DNA of 63,605 bases, the filler included, from Platydemus manokwari (taxonomy: Eukaryota), in assembly GCA_037951405.1 (NCBI GenBank). It is 5 parts of 5 records of this genome, joined end to end, with 100 filler letters (N's around TTAATTAATTAA, not from the genome) between each part and the next. Parts side by side here need not be neighbours in the genome. Positions count along the whole stretch, not along the records: positions 35,863 to 51,045 come from JBBMOY011330316.1; 4 more parts are not named here. One strand, 5' to 3'. Position numbers and translations under genes: made by a program. Below, piece by piece: positions 39,000 to 51,145 of the stretch; position 1 is the first letter of the stretch; the number at the start of each line of letters is the position of its first letter. A model generated the notes under the pieces. It was not told the origin of the DNA, ran no database searches, and saw nothing but the letters and a program-made list of their open reading frames with translations.

Positions 39000-41880
39000 A
39001 AAAAGTCGTTGATGCCGAGTCGTAGAGGATGTTACACTATTCCTCCTGGTTTTCTTTTGAGAAGCAGTAAGTGTTTTCCGCGTTGACATTTACATTCAAT
39101 TGAATTTTTGTGTCGTGGTGACTGAATTTGAAATAAATTTAGCTTCCTTTTAGCTTCCTAGCTGCCAATTGAGTTTTTGGTTTTCTAGGTTGCTATTGTG
39201 CTTTTTATAAGAGGTGATTTTATCAGAGATCCAGTGTAATGCCCTGGAAAGCTGAAGCTTTCGGAAGTCTGTATTAGACTAGATCAGTTAGATGTTTGAT
39301 CACGAAAGCTCTGAATTTTTGGTCCGAGTTGTTAGGCATCTGAAGTAGCAGATGTTGCTTTTTTATATAATATTCTACTGAAGAAGTTGTCAGGCCAATT
39401 TCACTCGGTTGTGTTGGAACAAACGGATTTTGAACTACCCAGTTTTAAAAGTTTATGGCAAATGGCATGAGTTTTCGATGTAAATTGGTCTGTGAAGTGA
39501 AAAGCTAATGGTGTTATAAGCTTTCTTGGAACGAATCTAGATGGTTCAAATGAGATTGTAGCAACTCTTGGTCTATGATTGAGATAACCGGTTGCGGTTT
39601 AATGGATATATGCGTTTTACTATCACTAATTTTAGTTGAGAGGTAGGCTTAAATGGCGAGCTCAATAATTGTTGTGAGCATTTGACTTTGCTGGTAACAG
39701 GAAGATTGTTGAACCAACTTTTGTAAGTTTGGGTAAAGATTTTCGGCTTTGTTGGGTCAAGGTGCAGTCTGAATGGTGTTAATGCTCCAATGAACCCACA
39801 GAAATATTGTACAGCAAATTCTGATGGAAGGTTGATGTTATTCTTTGTTGAAAATACTTTGGTGCAATTGTGATATTTGCAACTTGTAGATCTTGCAGCA
39901 GACAGGTTCATTGATTAGCGACATGGAAGCTGATGTTGTTAGGAATCTACTATACACTTCAGATAGAAATTGTGAAAGTGGTATGCCGTCAGTCTGGAAG
40001 TTCTAGTTAGTCCGGTTAGTGTTTTGTTGTTTGGCAGCATCTCTAGAGTACTTTCTTCATCAGAGTTTGGTCAAATATTGGAATCTGTGGTTTGAGTTAG
40101 GAAAACGCAATCAATGGTTGTTTGTTTTTAGATTGATTGGAGTGGAGTGAATTATTTTGATAAAATATTATGTTATTGTGAACTTTTTCCGTTCTCAATT
40201 TGACATATTCTCCTTAATTACTAGAGGGAGACTTTCATTTGTGAAAGGCTTAGACTTTGTTGTTCGTGGAGTATCGCTTGCAAATCATGAATAGAATTTT
40301 CAAAATTTTGTTCAAATTCGTTAATTTATTTCTTGAGCGTTTTTGTAGCACTTAGTGCATGAACATATGACTAGTGCACATATGTGCAGTGTTTGGTAAG
40401 CTTTGTATTGGATGATTGGATAGAATTTTGGCTAACAATCTGTAATGTTGCTCTCTTTTGGTTTTGGTTTTAGTGAGAGAAGCTCAGTAGTAGGTAATGT
40501 TATTTTATCAGTTTTAGTTTGAAATACAATGGATAGTGTTGTTTTGAATGAAACAGAGCATGTACCGTATTCGCATCGGATGTTTTGTTGGTCTTCAAAA
40601 CCTATTTTGAATTCTGGATTTTTTGATTTGCTATTGACTGCTAAACCTATTTTTCAAAAATGAATGAAATTTGTTTTTAAATAGTTGTAGATCAGAGAAT
40701 GTGGAGAAGTACCTATTGGTACAGCTGCTATATTTGAACTAGATGAGGCATAGGAGCTTGTTTAGGTTGGCATGATTAAAGGTTTGGCCATTTATGCATT
40801 TTTCATTTGTTGGTATGATTTCGTCAGCTGAAAAGGAGTTATGTGGGCTCTTTGATTAGTGATTGCATTTTTAGCATATACAAATGCATGGGTCAAGGTA
40901 GTTGATAAGAAGAAAGAAATACTGAGATTAGGTCTAGTGCGTCTCTTAATTGAGGTGTTGCATCGATTGTTAAAGACAGGTTGCGCTTAGATCCAGGCCG
41001 TTGTCATTGGTCAGGTTATCAGTACACAACGCATTGGTGGTTTTGCCAGATGACAAAGGTCCCGTGATGATCAGTGAGTTTTGGAAGGAAGGCGCCCTTT
41101 TTGAAAGATCTATCGGTGTATTTGGTTTGTTTTGTTGTTTATGATTGCATGTGTGTTTCATTTGATTGTTGCATGATTTTTTCTTTGATTCAAAGGAGTT
41201 TGATTGGTCTATAATTTTCGTTGCCAGTGTCAGGCGGTTTTGGTCTATTTTATTTTCGTAGTCAAATAGATTCCAGCGTTGGTGTTGTGAGTACTTGCGG
41301 GTTGGTTATGCATTTTGGTTTTTTGTTGACTGTGCCCGTGTTATGTCAGGACACATTTTTAGGGATCCTTATTTATGTGGCCGACAGCGGTACGTTATTT
41401 ATGGTTAGTTGACGTATTTTGCAATCTGGTGGTAAAATTGGTTTCTGATGGAAGGATGTTATGTTGCATAACGTTACGGTTGCATATTTTATCCGATCTG
41501 CATTTGGCAAGACGTTATGTTGCGAAATTCGTTTGATGAGCCTTTGTTTTGCCTGATTTAGATGTAAAAGACAGGTATCATTGCAGGAATGTCTCTATGT
41601 TTAAGTCCAGTGATTTGTTGATGAGATTCCAATGTTGTGGTTCTGCACAGTTGGTCATTCAACCTAAGAGGAAGGAAGTAAAGAACAGTTTCTTTGGTTG
41701 CACAGGTCGTCGAAGTTCTTTTTGGTTTTAGATGATGTATGATTTTGTCCAGAGTTATGGAGGTGTTCATCAGTCAACTTTCCGATAAAAATCATAAAGT
41801 TGGGATCCAGAACTTCCGTATTTATCGGAGGTCTGTCTTTGTTGAGATGATAAGACATTCTGAGTCGTCGTTGCTTCCGG
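39000..41880 (-). pseudogene. Decayed intronless ORF block with an AAA-ATPase module and zinc-finger-like motifs; probable retroelement cargo
   Basis: Walker A LIITGPLSSGKTT (41039-41062); Walker B (LLF/FS)ADEII (40820); NLNKLLCLI; sensor-I-like IAA/CTNR (about 40715); Cx4C motifs RCEYGTCSVSF (about 40560) and SCKYHNCTKVF (about 39870); Cys/His cluster at about 40340-40400. Confidence 0.6.
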
Positions 41881-43599
41881 GTTCACGTTAATCAGTCCTA
41901 GTTCCAGTCGATCTAGGTAATTTTCAATTTCTTTGATATGACGCAAGCAGATTTTTGAAATCTGTTGACAGTCGAAGAGTATAGATTAAAAATCAATTAT
42001 TGGGAACTTGATTAAAATAGGAACTCAGTTTAGCATAATCTACTGACATCCAGAATATTGTTTCAACGATAGTCAAAAAGCGACTAATCTTGACATTATT
42101 GATAAAAATTTCGAAATAGTCATTAATCAATAGCAGTTCCTAACTCGATGAACTCGAAGAACAAATCAAACGATAATCATAGATATACTATATTCTTCTA
42201 TGTTGCTACACCTACGATTCTAAGCAATAGACTGGACGAGTCAGATATCGAGGTATTTGGATATAAGAGAGTTACGATTGATAATTGAGTATACCCATTA
42301 AATTTAATGTTAACGATAAATCACCTTATTGTTAAGCAGTAATCATGTTAATTATTTCATTTATATCTGAATACAAAATGTAGACAGTATCAAACGGAAG
42401 TTAAGGATGTGTTCTAGTGTTCTTTTGTTACTCATAAATCAAACTTATTCTGTAAATATCTCATTGTCCTTTTTTAATACGTTTCACATCTGAATTAAAT
42501 AATTATTAATAATTTTTTTCTCTCATATGAAAGCTATAAAATAAAAATCATTTCAAAAACTGAATTTAATGCCAATGATTTCAAAAATAAAAAACCAATA
42601 AAATAAAAAAACTCACAAGTATTAATATATTTTAGTAAAATGTAATTTGCATCTTGTGAGAGTTTTTAAAAAGGGAATTTAAAAGATTTTATAATTCGAT
42701 TTTTGTATCACACTTTATTAATTTATACAAGTAATTATAATTAAATATAATTTTGTGACGTAACTTTTCAATTCGTTTTCAACTGGTGCTTTATAAAATA
42801 ATAGTCATGAATGACGACAACTCATTTGTATTCGACTCTGATAGGGACTGTGACATGAAAATGAAGTAAAAAAGGAAGAAGATATAGAAAAGATCTACAA
42901 AAGTTATAGAGAAGATATAGAGAAATTAGAAGAAATTGAAATTTTTATAAAGATAAATATTTAGATAATGTGATACAGAGGTAATTGAGAATAGGTAGAA
43001 ATGGAAAGGGGTTTAGGAATATTTTAAAATGATGAATTTAAAAGGTTTTATAATCCGATTTTATATTAAAAATATTCGTTTTCAATCCATGCTTTATAAA
43101 ATAGTATCGCTTTACACACCTAATAAACTAAAATTTTACAATTAATACTGTGGAACTAAAACTCTATCTGAAGGAAAGATTCAATGCTTTCCACTGCGAG
43201 TTCAATAAGATTTACAAACCCACAGCTCCCACAGAAAAGAAGAAATGAATATTAAAAACAATTAATGGTCATATTAAAATGATTAGCACCACTGAAAGCG
43301 AACTAATTGCCTTACTAACAGTCTGCATGCTCAGCGAAAAATTGATGTGTTATTATTGACATTGGTCTTATAGTCAGATTTGGCTCTATATTCCCAAATG
43401 ATTCGATCTAATGTTAGATAATTTTTTTAAGTTAATTATTCCAATTGTTGTTTCGAATTGGAAGTTCTCTGACACTGATAAAAACGGGTAGGCTTTCAGT
43501 CATCATTTATTAGCAATGACAAAGAAAAAGAGTGCTCAATGGAACTGAAAATTACGGAATATTATTGTAAATTAAAGGAGCTGTTAACGACATTCTTTG

Positions 43600-44470
43600 A
43601 TGTACCAGATGGTCACTAGTGATGTCGTTGATGTGGCTTAATTATCAGACGCGTTTCGATAAGCCTGATATTTAATTACCTACCGAGAAATTTTATTCCA
43701 CACATTTTTGAATAATATACCGAGATAAGATTTACCGATGATAAAACTTTTATTATATCAGATTTCACTTTCTGCTTTTGGGTTGCTGTTGTCATAACAT
43801 GAAATGCAACATTGATATTGTTATATGCACGAGAAATTCGTGGATGGCATATTCATCACAATTTATTTTCTCATAAAATAAGATGATGGATACAAATTAT
43901 TTTTAATTCCTAAGAAGTCTTCGATCACAATGTTGGTTTAAGAAGACTTGCAAATATAACTTTCAATACGATTCTAATTGTTACACGTAAACAGTTTGAC
44001 AATTCTCAGAAGGAAGAAATTTGTCGCACAAACCTGGTTGCTTGCAGTCAATGAATTACTTACCAAAATGATGAAATTAAAAAAAACAGTTATGTTAATA
44101 GATCATCGATGCAAACTAATCAAATTATAGAAGTAATCTTGTTTTTCTAAAATCCATACATTTCAGGTTTCTGATTGTTTACTAAGATTTTTACGGTCTA
44201 ATGAAGATCAGATATTCCCAAATGGAAAGATTTTCAAAATAAAATCTTTGAAATCAAAGAGTATGGGGGATTCTTGTGGAAAAATTATTTTTGGTATCTT
44301 GGAATATCATAACGCATTTTTAACTTATATACCTTACTGTATTCACCTAGCTATATAAAAGTGCAGACAGAATTTGAAGCAGAACTATAGCAATTAAAAT
44401 TTAGCGCATGCTTCATTAACTCTGTTATTTGTCGTTAACAGTATTTACTCTTTAGTATTCGTGGTCAATA
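43600..44470 (+). pseudogene. Possible highly decayed Cys-loop ligand-gated ion channel remnant
   Basis: Ordered faint motifs MWLNYQTRFD..LPTEKF, KCNIDI..CT..SW..Y, YIPYCI, SLTLL, QYLLFS, with many stops and frameshifts. Confidence 0.25.
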
Positions 44471-45269
44471 TCAGATACAAATATGCACAAATTGTGAGAA
44501 AACGTAGAAAATTTATCAGAACCTTATAGTAAATTAAAATTTCCTTTATTTCGAAACACCGTTACCATATAGATAGAATACATAGCGGACATTGGGAACA
44601 ATAAGATTTGAAATACAAGAGTTTGACTAAACCTGTTCAAGAAAAATTATTAAAAGTATTATAAAAGCGTTTGATTTTAGAAAACATAACCTCATTTTTT
44701 AAACTAAAATCTACTGTGCTATTATGTTACAAGATGAGAAAACAATAAATTCGGTGCCAGGAACAATAGTGATATTAGCTAAGTATATTATTAACTAATT
44801 ACAATCAATTATGTAGAATTTAAAAACCATGGACGATAATAACGATTACTCTTCTCCTACACAGCAATTCTTGTAGTTATTTAATTGTTTCTTGTAAATT
44901 TTATACAGATTTAATATAGACTGTTTATTTATATTTTTCTATAAATTCAGGATGCAAAATTTAACCCAACATTTTAAAGTAACATTAAAAATTAAAACAA
45001 CATTAAATTAAAAAAATTATTTATACTTATCGAATATTAATTAAACTAAACTGAACAACATATTTCTAAGCGAAATGAATTTGCTAGAAATCCATAATAA
45101 AAATTGTTTTACTACTTTGTATGATGTAATTTATCAAATTCAATTTTAATAGTTTTTATTAAAGATAAAACTCGTTGCGTACTTAAAATCGTGTCTATAA
45201 CAATAAATGAACTTAAAATTTAACATCATTTTGACATTTCTTGATATTAAAAACGGTTTAACAAATATA

Positions 45270-48070
45270 CAAATATTTATTGAAAAAACAGATTTTTAAA
45301 ATACAAGTCAGGCAGTGTCCGACACCATCACCATATGGTGGCAGGGCAAAATATCACAGGATTCTCTTCGCCTTATTATCATCTATCCAAATTTGCTGAA
45401 ACATCTCATCATCCTCAGAACCCGCATATTCGTCGTCCGAGATGTCATTTGATCTGGCTCTTGTCCTCGATAGTAATATGGCTTTGCCTTGATGGAATTA
45501 CCATTGCGGATTTGATGTTTGACCGTATACAATCGTAGCGTATTTTCCCTGATATTTTTTTAGAAGCCAATCTTGCGTAGAATGATCTCGTTTTCAGATT
45601 TCCAAATGCCAAGAACTACACTTATGAATGTATAGAGCTCAACAGTCCAGCTTGGCCTGACTTTCTTTATTTCTTTCCGGAGATCATCGTACTTTGCCAA
45701 GTTAACGTCATCTGCATTTTTTATCAGTCGTTCCTCGTCCATAGGGCATTTCATATCGACTATAAAAAGAGATCTGGTTTGTTATTGATTACCTATAGGT
45801 CAATTCGCTGTTTTGATCCTGTGAATTGACAGGATTTCTCAACAAAAATATCGTTGTCAGTGAGATGGTTAATATAGTTTGCCAGTAATTCCATGATGTT
45901 CATATGCCGATTGAGAATATAAGAGTTTGATACGTTACACTTTGTAAACACGTGGGTCTGAGATTCAATTTCGTAAAGGCACTTTCGGCATTGGTATCCT
46001 TGCATTAATTTTTTGTTCAAAGTAGCCAGTGTATCGGAGCATGCTTGATGAAAGAAGTAGAATTCCTCGTTTGACAGTCCACCGTTGTATAGCACTTTCT
46101 TCCAGGTAGAAGTTATGTCCGGGAGGATTTTGATGTAACTACTACACCGGATTTGGTGTAACTTGGTCAGTTTGTTCAGGTGCTTCTTTCCTAGAAGTGC
46201 TTCTTTAGATAAGTCTCCACTGTCTGTTGTGATATATTGATAGATTCTTATTCCAATATCTCCATCGATGATTTCAAAACTGATGGTTGTCAGCATTCCG
46301 ATTTGCTCGTATCTGATTGCCTCTCGAATTTTGTGCCACCAAGAATGCTTCTTTCTTTTGTCTCAGGCTGCGCATTCAGCCAATTTAGAGAATTTAGAAG
46401 GTTCTGGTTGGACACTTGTTGTAACGATTCTCTCTCGATTTCCCTAGTCATTGCATATTTGCTATTGAGTATCGCTACTTCATTTGATATGGCTTGGACC
46501 GCGAACTCTGATAAAATACTCTGTAACCCACACCCCCCCCCATTTGACGTGTTTGCATACAGGAAGTAGGTAGAGCAAGGTTTTTGGAACACCAATAATT
46601 TTCTTTAGGACCTTTCGGATCTGCCTGTCCATAATCACCAGTCTAGTGTCAGTCACATAGTATGTTCTCGCAAAAAATAGAATTTTACTATGAATGAACA
46701 TTCTGTATTCATGTAATTTTTGCTAGGGTAGCAGGATACTCTCAGCAAGTTTTTCGGATAAACACTTTCCTTTAATTTCCAGACTGTCGATTGAATTGTG
46801 GAGTTTTAATTAGAAATGTACTCCCAAGTATCTATAGTAATCTTCTACTTACAACTGAATAATCTATTGGCTGTTGATTGTCAGGCCCTTGATTGTTTCT
46901 TTTGATTTAATACTCCAAACATCTCCGATCTGATGGGCTTAAATCGCATTCCCAGTTGGTTCACAATTGGCAGTGATGAGTTTATCAAGATTGGGCATTC
47001 TTCCACGCTCTTGGTGATTATCGCGATGTCATCAGCGTACGCTAGAGTAGTAATTCGGTGACTTACGAGCATTATCAGAGTATTTTCACTTGCTCCATCC
47101 GAACCCAAACCGGATTTATTGCGACATTGATCAAAAGCATGGAGATAGGGTATCTTTACCTAACTTCTCTTTTGATTCTAATGAATTTCGTTGTGTACTC
47201 TTTACACTGGAACTCGGTCTGGCAGTTGTTGGATAGGCTCCGAATGATTTGTATCGGTGTTAGTCTGAGTCCCATCTTTTCCAGTATGATGAATAGAATT
47301 GTATTGTTGACTGACGAAAAAGCTTCTATATGTCAAGGAAGCAGAATTGAAGATTGTTCTTTTTCTTCTCGTGGAATTTCTCGATTAACGTTGTTAGGAT
47401 AAAACTGTGTTCGCTGCATCTGTCGGTTGGCCTAAGGTTTTTCTGAAGCGGGTGTAGAAGATCATTTGCATTTATACAAGAGTTTAGTTGTCGACAAAGG
47501 AGGCTGGTGTAGATTTTATACGCGCAATCCAGCAATGTTATTGGCCGCCAGGAACTCACTTGATCACATTACCTTGTTTCATCGGCTTGGGAATCATTGT
47601 CCTGTAGTATTTCTGCCACTCATCCGGGATCGATGTCTATTGCTGCATTCTTATCTTCAGTTATAATACTTTCAGCATAGCCACAGATCATGGGTCGGCA
47701 GTCATCACTGTTTGATTGGCAAATTCGAGTTTTGAAGCTGCTAGGTAATTTAATGACCATGTTAAATCTGTTTGTCGACTGGTTAATGGTAACAACTAGG
47801 ACTTTTGCTCTCTCCATGGCCAATGGTAAGAAATGACTCTGGTCTCCGAGAGGATCGATTATTTCTGCAGTGCCGTTTATCTGTCCACAGAAGAGAGTCC
47901 ATTGCGTATTTGATACGTGGACTGGTGCAATTATTGTACTTGCCAATTGTGGAATGTTGTACAAAATTGAGAGATCACCTGGTTTCTTATTGTATTGCAA
48001 AATCGCTTTTGTGTTGTATGAATCATTTAGTATTTTTTTATCATATGGAACGATTATTGTTTCTTTATAA
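45270..48070 (-). mobile_element. Degenerate, 5'-truncated RLE-type non-LTR retrotransposon (NeSL/R2 group) with a Ulp1-like protease
   Basis: Ulp1-like IIAPVHVSNTQWTL...IIDPLG...QSNSDDCRPMIC; RT IPDEWQ..MIPK, SSWRPITLL, HPLQK, FLDI, LAYADDIAI, YRYLG, GGCGL; CCHC CRKC-x7-H-x4-C; NRH; RLE RIDL..IVDMKCP, KYDDL; 3' AATAAA at about 45276-45281. Confidence 0.92.
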
Positions 48071-48615
48071 CAAGTACAGAGTGAGAAAATAAGTAACACA
48101 AAAACAATTAGTTTACGAAAAAATTACAGAAGGAATAAATTTCCTTGTACCATCTCATCATTTTGAGTAGTTCATCAAACAACTATTTTCAATATTTTAA
48201 GGTTGTAAGTGACTACTATTCAAAGTCACGTCATCAAATTATCTATTTAAATACAATTATATGAGCAAATTAATATAATTTTATATAAAATTTGAATTAA
48301 ATCTTTAAAAATTTAATTCATTTACAAATTCTCATAAAGGTCCTTAGTAAATTCATAATAAATGAGAAACCTAAAGAGATAATTTTTCTTGGGGATAATA
48401 TATCCTAATTATCAGAAAAATTAAACAGAATATTCAAATAGTTCATATAAATATATTTCCTAAAAGTTATTCACAATAATGTTAGTTATAAAAATAACAG
48501 CATAACAGTATAGACTATCGAGCAATAAATCTATGTAAACTGTTGCAATAAATTTCTAAGAATCCTAAACGTAAATTCAGTAATCACAAAACTATTTTGA
48601 ATTCATTCAAATTAT

Positions 48616-50996
48616 TTAAGAATTTTTTTTTGGAATAGCGATGGTGACCGTTTTCACTTCTGTATACGATTCAATGGAGTATTTGGCTCTAAAATAAAAA
48701 AAACGATTAAAAAAAATTACAAATTAATAAATAGTTAGTTATGAATATCAAGCTAACATTTTATATGATATTGTAATGATATATCATAAACATAACTAAA
48801 TCTAATTAAGCCGACAATCATAAAATTAACATAAACTAATAAACACAAATATTTATTAAAATCTCATTTAAACACACTATTTCAAAGAAATAGCGTCGTC
48901 GATCGCTAGTATTAGCTATATCGAATCTGTCAACAGTTGTTGCCATTTGTTGGTCCCAAAATACTTTCTCTCATTTTACATGGATTTATAAGAACACTTG
49001 TCTACTTGTTCAAACACCAAATGTCTAAAATATCTCATATTGAACAAAGATCTTATCATGAATGAAAAACATATACAACATCATCGGCAGCAATCAAATA
49101 TAATTTAATTTTGAACATTATTAAATTTCATGCATCAATGGTGATTTTACGCTTTGATAATACAATCTCAGTATGTGATCTATATCTACATCTGTTAAAT
49201 ATTAATGCCGAAAAATAAATAAATGATCAAATAAAATAATTATCAATTAACGAGCTAGTATTCATCATATGAATAACAGATGCCAAGTAGAGAATCAATT
49301 CTTGGAGAGAGCATTATACTGGACGGATGTTAGCCATACTTAAAATTCCTAAGTTATTAAAATCTCACTAAGAGAATTCTAACAGATTTAAAAACAAGTA
49401 ATTTAGAGTAATTGAGTTTATAGAGATATTCTGATCTAAAATATAGAATTTTATAAGAAAAGATTTAAACAAAAACAAAATAAAGAATTTTAATTTGCAA
49501 CAAGATATTAAATTTACTAATATTTACATGAATAATTCAATATAGATAAATGATTATACCCCATCAATCACACATCTCATGCATTACACTTATTAAAATC
49601 AAACAACAGGAGTGAGACTTTTGATAAATTATTCTGACGTGTTTCCGACATTTCAGTAATTTTTCAAAATTACAATGAACAGATATGAAAGGCGTGTTTA
49701 TAATGAGTAGATAAGTTCTGATATAAGGTAAAACCAATTATTATCAGAAATCATAAAGCCTTATTAACATGATACCAATCAGTGCCATTGGATGGCTTAT
49801 TGAAATGAACTCTTAATAATTCACAAGGACCATTATTAATAAAACTTGTTAAAATGACAATGTGAAAGGGGTTTGTACATACCAAAAATCCAATATCATT
49901 GATTCTTTACTGATATTGAAAAAATGAAAATAAAACACTTTAAAGATATTAAAATCAAAAATTTGAATAATTAAAAAATTATTTTAAAAATTTTTTTAAA
50001 AAATTGATTAATTAAAAATATCCAATTAAATATTAAAGAAATTCTCACAGTTCTCTACCAAAACCAGATTGCTTGAATCCACCAAATGGAGCAACAACAA
50101 GATCTACTTCATAACAATTGATCCTATAAATATTCATGAAAATTTAAATTGTCTTTATAGACTCACCACACCGAACCCGCTTGTAAAGCTTGTGTCATCA
50201 TCATAGCCTTATTAATATCAGAAGTGAACACTCCTGCACCCAATCCATATTTTGTATTGTTTGCTCTTTCGATAACTTCTTCAATTGTATTAAATTTTAA
50301 TACCGATTGAACAGGTCCAAAGATTTCTTCTTTAGCGATTCTCATATCATCTTTTACATCACCAAACACTGTGGGTTCAATAAAAAAACCAACATCACCT
50401 ATTCGATTTCCTCCTGTTACCAATGTAGCGCCTTCATCCTTACCGCTTTTGATGAGATCCAAAATTTTATCAAGTTGAACTTTATTAATCTGCACAAAAT
50501 AGCAATTGGTTTATTGTTTTTTACTCTATATTTAAATCAGACCTGTGGGCCTTGGGCAGTTTTGGAATCAAAAGGATCTCCAACTATTCGACTTTCAGCA
50601 AGATTTTTCAATTTTTCAATTATCTTATCATATATATTAGCTTCGACAAATGTTCTTGCTCCTGCCACACAGCATTGACCATTATTAGTCATACAGGCTT
50701 CATGTGCCATTTCAGCAATTTTATCCACTGCAGTAATAAATATTGTTTGAAATAAATATCTTAACATATGATAAACATACAATTATTGGCATCACCAAAT
50801 ATTATCAATGGGCATTTACCGGATAATCCCAAAGTTATTCTTTTAATGCTACTGTCCTCCATATTCTTCATTATCGAATGACCTACCTCGTTACTTCCAG
50901 TAAAAGTTATTTTATCTACATCTGGATGGCGGCTTAATGAGGCACCTGCAGTTGGACCATATCCAGGAACAATGTTTATCACGCCCTTAGGAAAGC
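48616..50996 (-). CDS. ALDH: Aldehyde dehydrogenase (ALDH1/2-like); last five exons, 5' part cut by the gap
   Basis: Exons: [35 protein letters not shown] | [13 protein letters not shown] | [22 protein letters not shown] | [18 protein letters not shown] | (48688-48616) [27 protein letters not shown] introns; the last is about 1.36 kb. Confidence 0.95.
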
Positions 50997-51045
50997 CTAA
51001 TGAAAATTTCAAAATTCATAAAAATAATAATCTACAATAGTAATC

Positions 51046-51145
51046 NNNNNNNNNNNNNNNNNNNNNNNNNNNNNNNNNNNNNNNNNNNNTTAATTAATTA
51101 ANNNNNNNNNNNNNNNNNNNNNNNNNNNNNNNNNNNNNNNNNNNN
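51046..51145. other. Artificial contig linker (N44-TTAATTAATTAA-N44)
   Basis: Same 100-bp structure. Confidence 0.98.

Noticed and set aside
44480-44900. Penelope-like GIY-YIG tail remnant (a similar impression at 60.4-61.0 kb)
   Set aside because: No diagnostic motif survives; too degraded to support.
45250-48085. Target-site duplication or small-RNA target for the RLE LINE
   Set aside because: Only loose AT-rich similarity between flanks, and no recognisable SL, U2, tRNA or rRNA sequence.
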